From Narcine bancroftii (lineage: Eukaryota): DNA of 64,000 nucleotides. The stretch covers positions 81,902,001-81,966,000 of the forward strand of contig NC_091476.1 in NCBI RefSeq assembly GCF_036971445.1, read 5' to 3'. Below are positions 61,301 to 64,000 of the stretch, piece by piece. Each line of letters starts with the position of its first letter. Position 1 is the first letter of the stretch. The translations under genes were made by a program, and so were the position numbers. The notes below the pieces were generated by a model. The model worked only from the letters and a program-made list of their open reading frames with translations. It ran no database searches and had not been told where the DNA came from.

Positions 61301-64000
61301 CATTGTGCGACGGGATGGTGCTTCACTCTCTGTCCCTGCCCCGGGAGTGTGACGGGACGGGGATTCGCTCCGTGTGACGTATAGGTGCTTCGCTCCGTAT
61401 GACGGGAGAGGACGAGGATTTGCTCTGCGTAACGGGACAGGGCCTCGCTCTTTGTGACGGGACCGGAATTTACTCTGTGTCCCGGCCCCGGGAGTGTGTG
61501 AAGGGTTGGAGCTTTGCTCTGTGTCCCCACCCCAGGTTTGTGTGACGGGATGGGGCTTTGCTCTGTGTGACGGGACGGGGCTTTGCTCTGTGTGACGGGA
61601 CGGGGCTTTGCTCTGTGTGACGGGATGGGTCTTCACTCTGTGTGATGGGACGGGGCTTCTCTCTGTGTGACGAGACGGGGCTTCGCTCCACGTGACGGGA
61701 TGGGACTTCGCTCCTCGTGACGGGACGGGGCTTCGCTCCTCGTGACTGGACGGGGCTTCGCTCCTCGTGACGGGACGGGGCGTCGCTCCTCGTGACGGGA
61801 CGGGGCTTGCTCCTCGTGATGGGACGGGGATTCTCTCCTCGTGACGGGACGGGGCTTCGCTCCACGTGACGGGACGGAGCTTCGCTCCTCGTGACGCGAC
61901 GGGGCTTCGCTCCTCTTGACGGGACGGGGCTTAGCTCCTTGTGACGGGACGGGGCTTCGCTCCTTGTCCCTGCCATGGGAGTGTGTGACGGGAAGTGGCT
62001 TCGCTCTGTATGACGGTATGGGGCTTCACTCTGTCTTCCCGCCCCAGGAGTGTGTGAAGGGTTGGGGCTTTGCTGTGAGTCCCTGCCCCAGGTGTGTGTG
62101 ATGGGACGGGACGGGGCATCGCTCCGTGTGATGGAAGGGCTTCGTTCCGTGTGACGGGACGGGGCTTCGCTCCGCGTGACGTGACGGGGCTTCGCTCCGT
62201 GTGACGGGACGGGGCTTCGCTCCGTGTGACGGGACGGGGGTTCGCTCCGTGTGACGGGATGGGGCTTCTCTCCTAGTTACGGGACGGGGCTTCGCTCCTT
62301 GTGACGGGACGGGGCTTCGCTCCGTGTGACGGGACAGGGTGAGACTTTGCTCTGTGTGACGGGTGAGGGTTTTATTCTGTGTCCCTGCTTCGGGAGAGTG
62401 TGACGGGACGGTGCTTCGCTCTGTGAGACCTGACAGGGCTTCACTCTGTCTCCCCGTCCCTGGAGTGTTTGACGGGACGGGGCGACCCTTTGTGTGACGG
62501 GACGTGGCGACGCTACGTGTCTGCGCCCCAGCATTGTGTGACGGGATGGCGCTTCACTCTCTGTCCCTGGCACGGGAGTGTGACGGGACGGGGCTCCAGA
62601 CCGTGTAAAGGGTCGGGGCTTCGCTCCGTGTGACGGGAGTGGACGAGGCTTCGCTCCGTGTGACGGGACGGGGCTTCGCTCCGCGTGACGGGACGGGGCT
62701 TTGCTCCGTGTGACGGGACGGGTCTTCGCTCGGTGTGGGACGGGACTTCGCTCGTGTGACAGGACGGTGCTTCGGTCCGTGTCACGGGATGGTGTTCGCT
62801 CCGTGTGACGGGACGGGGCTTCGCTCCGTGTGACGGGACGGCGCTTTCCTCTGTGTGACGGGACGGGGCTTTGCTCCGTGTTACGGGATGGGGCTGCGCT
62901 CTGTGTGACGGGACGGGGCTGCGCTTCGTGTGACGGGACGGGGCTGCGCTCCATGTGACGGGACGATGGCTTCTCTCCTTGTGACGGGACGGGGCATCTC
63001 TCCTCGTGACGGGACGGGGCTTCTCTCCTTGTGACGGGACGGGGCTTCGCTCCTTGTGACGGGACAGGGCTTCGCTCCGTGTGACGGGACAGGGTGAGAC
63101 TTTACTCTGTGTGACGGGTCAGGGCTTTATTCTGTGTCCCTGCCTCGGGAGCGTGTGACGGGATGGTGCTTCGCTCTGTGTGACTGGACAGGACTTCACT
63201 CTGTCTCCCCGTCCCTGGAGTGTTTGACGGGACGGGGCGACCCTTTGTGTGACGGGACGTGGCGACGCTACGTGTCTCCGCTCCAGCATTGTGTGATGGG
63301 ATGGCGCTTCAATCTCTGTCCCTGCCCCGGGAGTGTGACGGGACGGGGCTCCAGTCCGTGTAAAGGGTCGGGGCTTCGCTCCGTGTGACGGGTGTGGACG
63401 AGGCTTTGCTCTGTGTGACGGAATGGGGATTTACTCTGTGTCCCTGCCCCGGGAGTGTGTGACGGGATGGGTCTTCACTCTGTGTGAAGGGACGGGGCTT
63501 CTCTCTGTGTGACGTGACGGGGCTTCGCTCCTCGTGACGGTACGGGGCTTCGCTCCTCGTGATGGGACAGGGCTTTGCTCTGTGTCCCTGCCCCGGGAAT
63601 GTGTGAAGGGTTGGGGCTTTGCTCTGTGTCTACACCCCAGGTATGTGTGAAGGGACGGGGCTTTGCTCTGTGTGACGGGACGGCTTTGCTCTGTGTGACG
63701 GGACGGGGCTTTGCTCTGCGTGACGGGATGGGATTTCACTCTGTGTGACGGGAAGAGGCTTCTCTCTGTGTGAAGGGACGGGGCTTCGCTCTACGTGACG
63801 GGACAGGACTTTGCTCCATGTGACGGGTCGGGGCTTCGCAGCGTGTGACGGGACGGTGCTTTGCTCCGTGTGACGGGACGTGGCTTCGATCCGTGTGACA
63901 GAACGTGGCTTCGCTCTGCGTGACGGGACGCGGCTTCACTCTGTTTCACCGCCCCTGGAGTTTTTGGCGGGACGGGGCGACGCTTTGTGTGATTGGACGG
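52355..64000 (+). repeat. 6720-bp tandem duplication; second copy starts at about 59075 and runs off the window
   Basis: Sequence lines spot-checked as identical (52381/59101, 52441/59161, 53161/59881, 54421/61141, 55201/61921, 57241/63961). Rare variant CCCTTGGAGTTTTAGG seen only near 52464 and 59184. Confidence 0.95.
53240..58697 (+). repeat. 2726-bp near-perfect tandem duplication nested inside the 6720-bp unit
   Basis: Offsets 53688/56414, 54290/57016, 54750/57476, 55196/57922 = 2726 with identical translated ORFs; junction near 55966. Confidence 0.92.

Larger units (their letters stand above)
1..64000 (+). repeat. 25-bp tandem satellite array, consensus GTGACGGGACGGGGCTTCGCTCCGT, roughly 2,300-2,500 monomers (estimate), running off both window ends
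   Basis: TGACGGGACGGGGCTT recurs every 25 bp (e.g. 3601-3720, 32521-32700). All copies seen are in the same orientation and no non-repeat sequence was seen. Confidence 0.99.

Noticed and set aside
428-63939. Long minus-strand ORFs (e.g. 6371-8542, 9651-12014) as mucin-like or SR-rich protein genes
   Set aside because: They overlap in all three frames with the same peptide, the repeat unit is not a multiple of 3, many starts are GTG alternatives, no domain is recognisable, and stops differ between duplicate copies.
1-64000. CRISPR array
   Set aside because: Repeats are head-to-tail with no unique spacers, the 19-bp insertions are homologous to each other, and there are no cas genes or leader.
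1-64000. Telomeric repeats, rDNA, tRNA, transposon insertions or strand inversions
   Set aside because: None seen on reading through: no TTAGGG-type arrays, no non-monomer segment and no tract of reverse-complement monomers on the plus strand.

Overview
The whole 64 kb window is one uninterrupted, single-orientation, GC-rich satellite array. The basic monomer is 25 bp (consensus GTGACGGGACGGGGCTTCGCTCCGT, 72% GC, 4 CpG), interspersed with a derived 42-44 bp monomer carrying a C-rich insertion. Monomer variants are arranged in recurrent sub-kb cassettes (two paralogous cassettes, here called X and Y). These are nested in kb-scale tandem duplications with periods of about 1.0, 1.9-2.0, 2.4-2.9, 3.4-3.5, 4.1, 4.27, 5.1 and 6.72 kb, and the period changes along the array. 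I found no credible protein gene, RNA gene, transposon, CRISPR array or unique sequence; the ORF track is explained by the monomer having no stop codon on the minus strand. Many variants are CpG>TpG/CpA changes, which suggests a methylated eukaryotic genome, but the organism and chromosomal position cannot be determined from this window. I do not see a new gene-based system. The interesting biology is in the repeat itself: a GCGAAGC mini-hairpin motif on one strand and G-tracts on the other, an insertion that looks like an inverted copy of the G-core, and a readable record of unequal exchange. Offsets were derived by hand from the ORF-track coordinates and spot checks, so boundaries are approximate.
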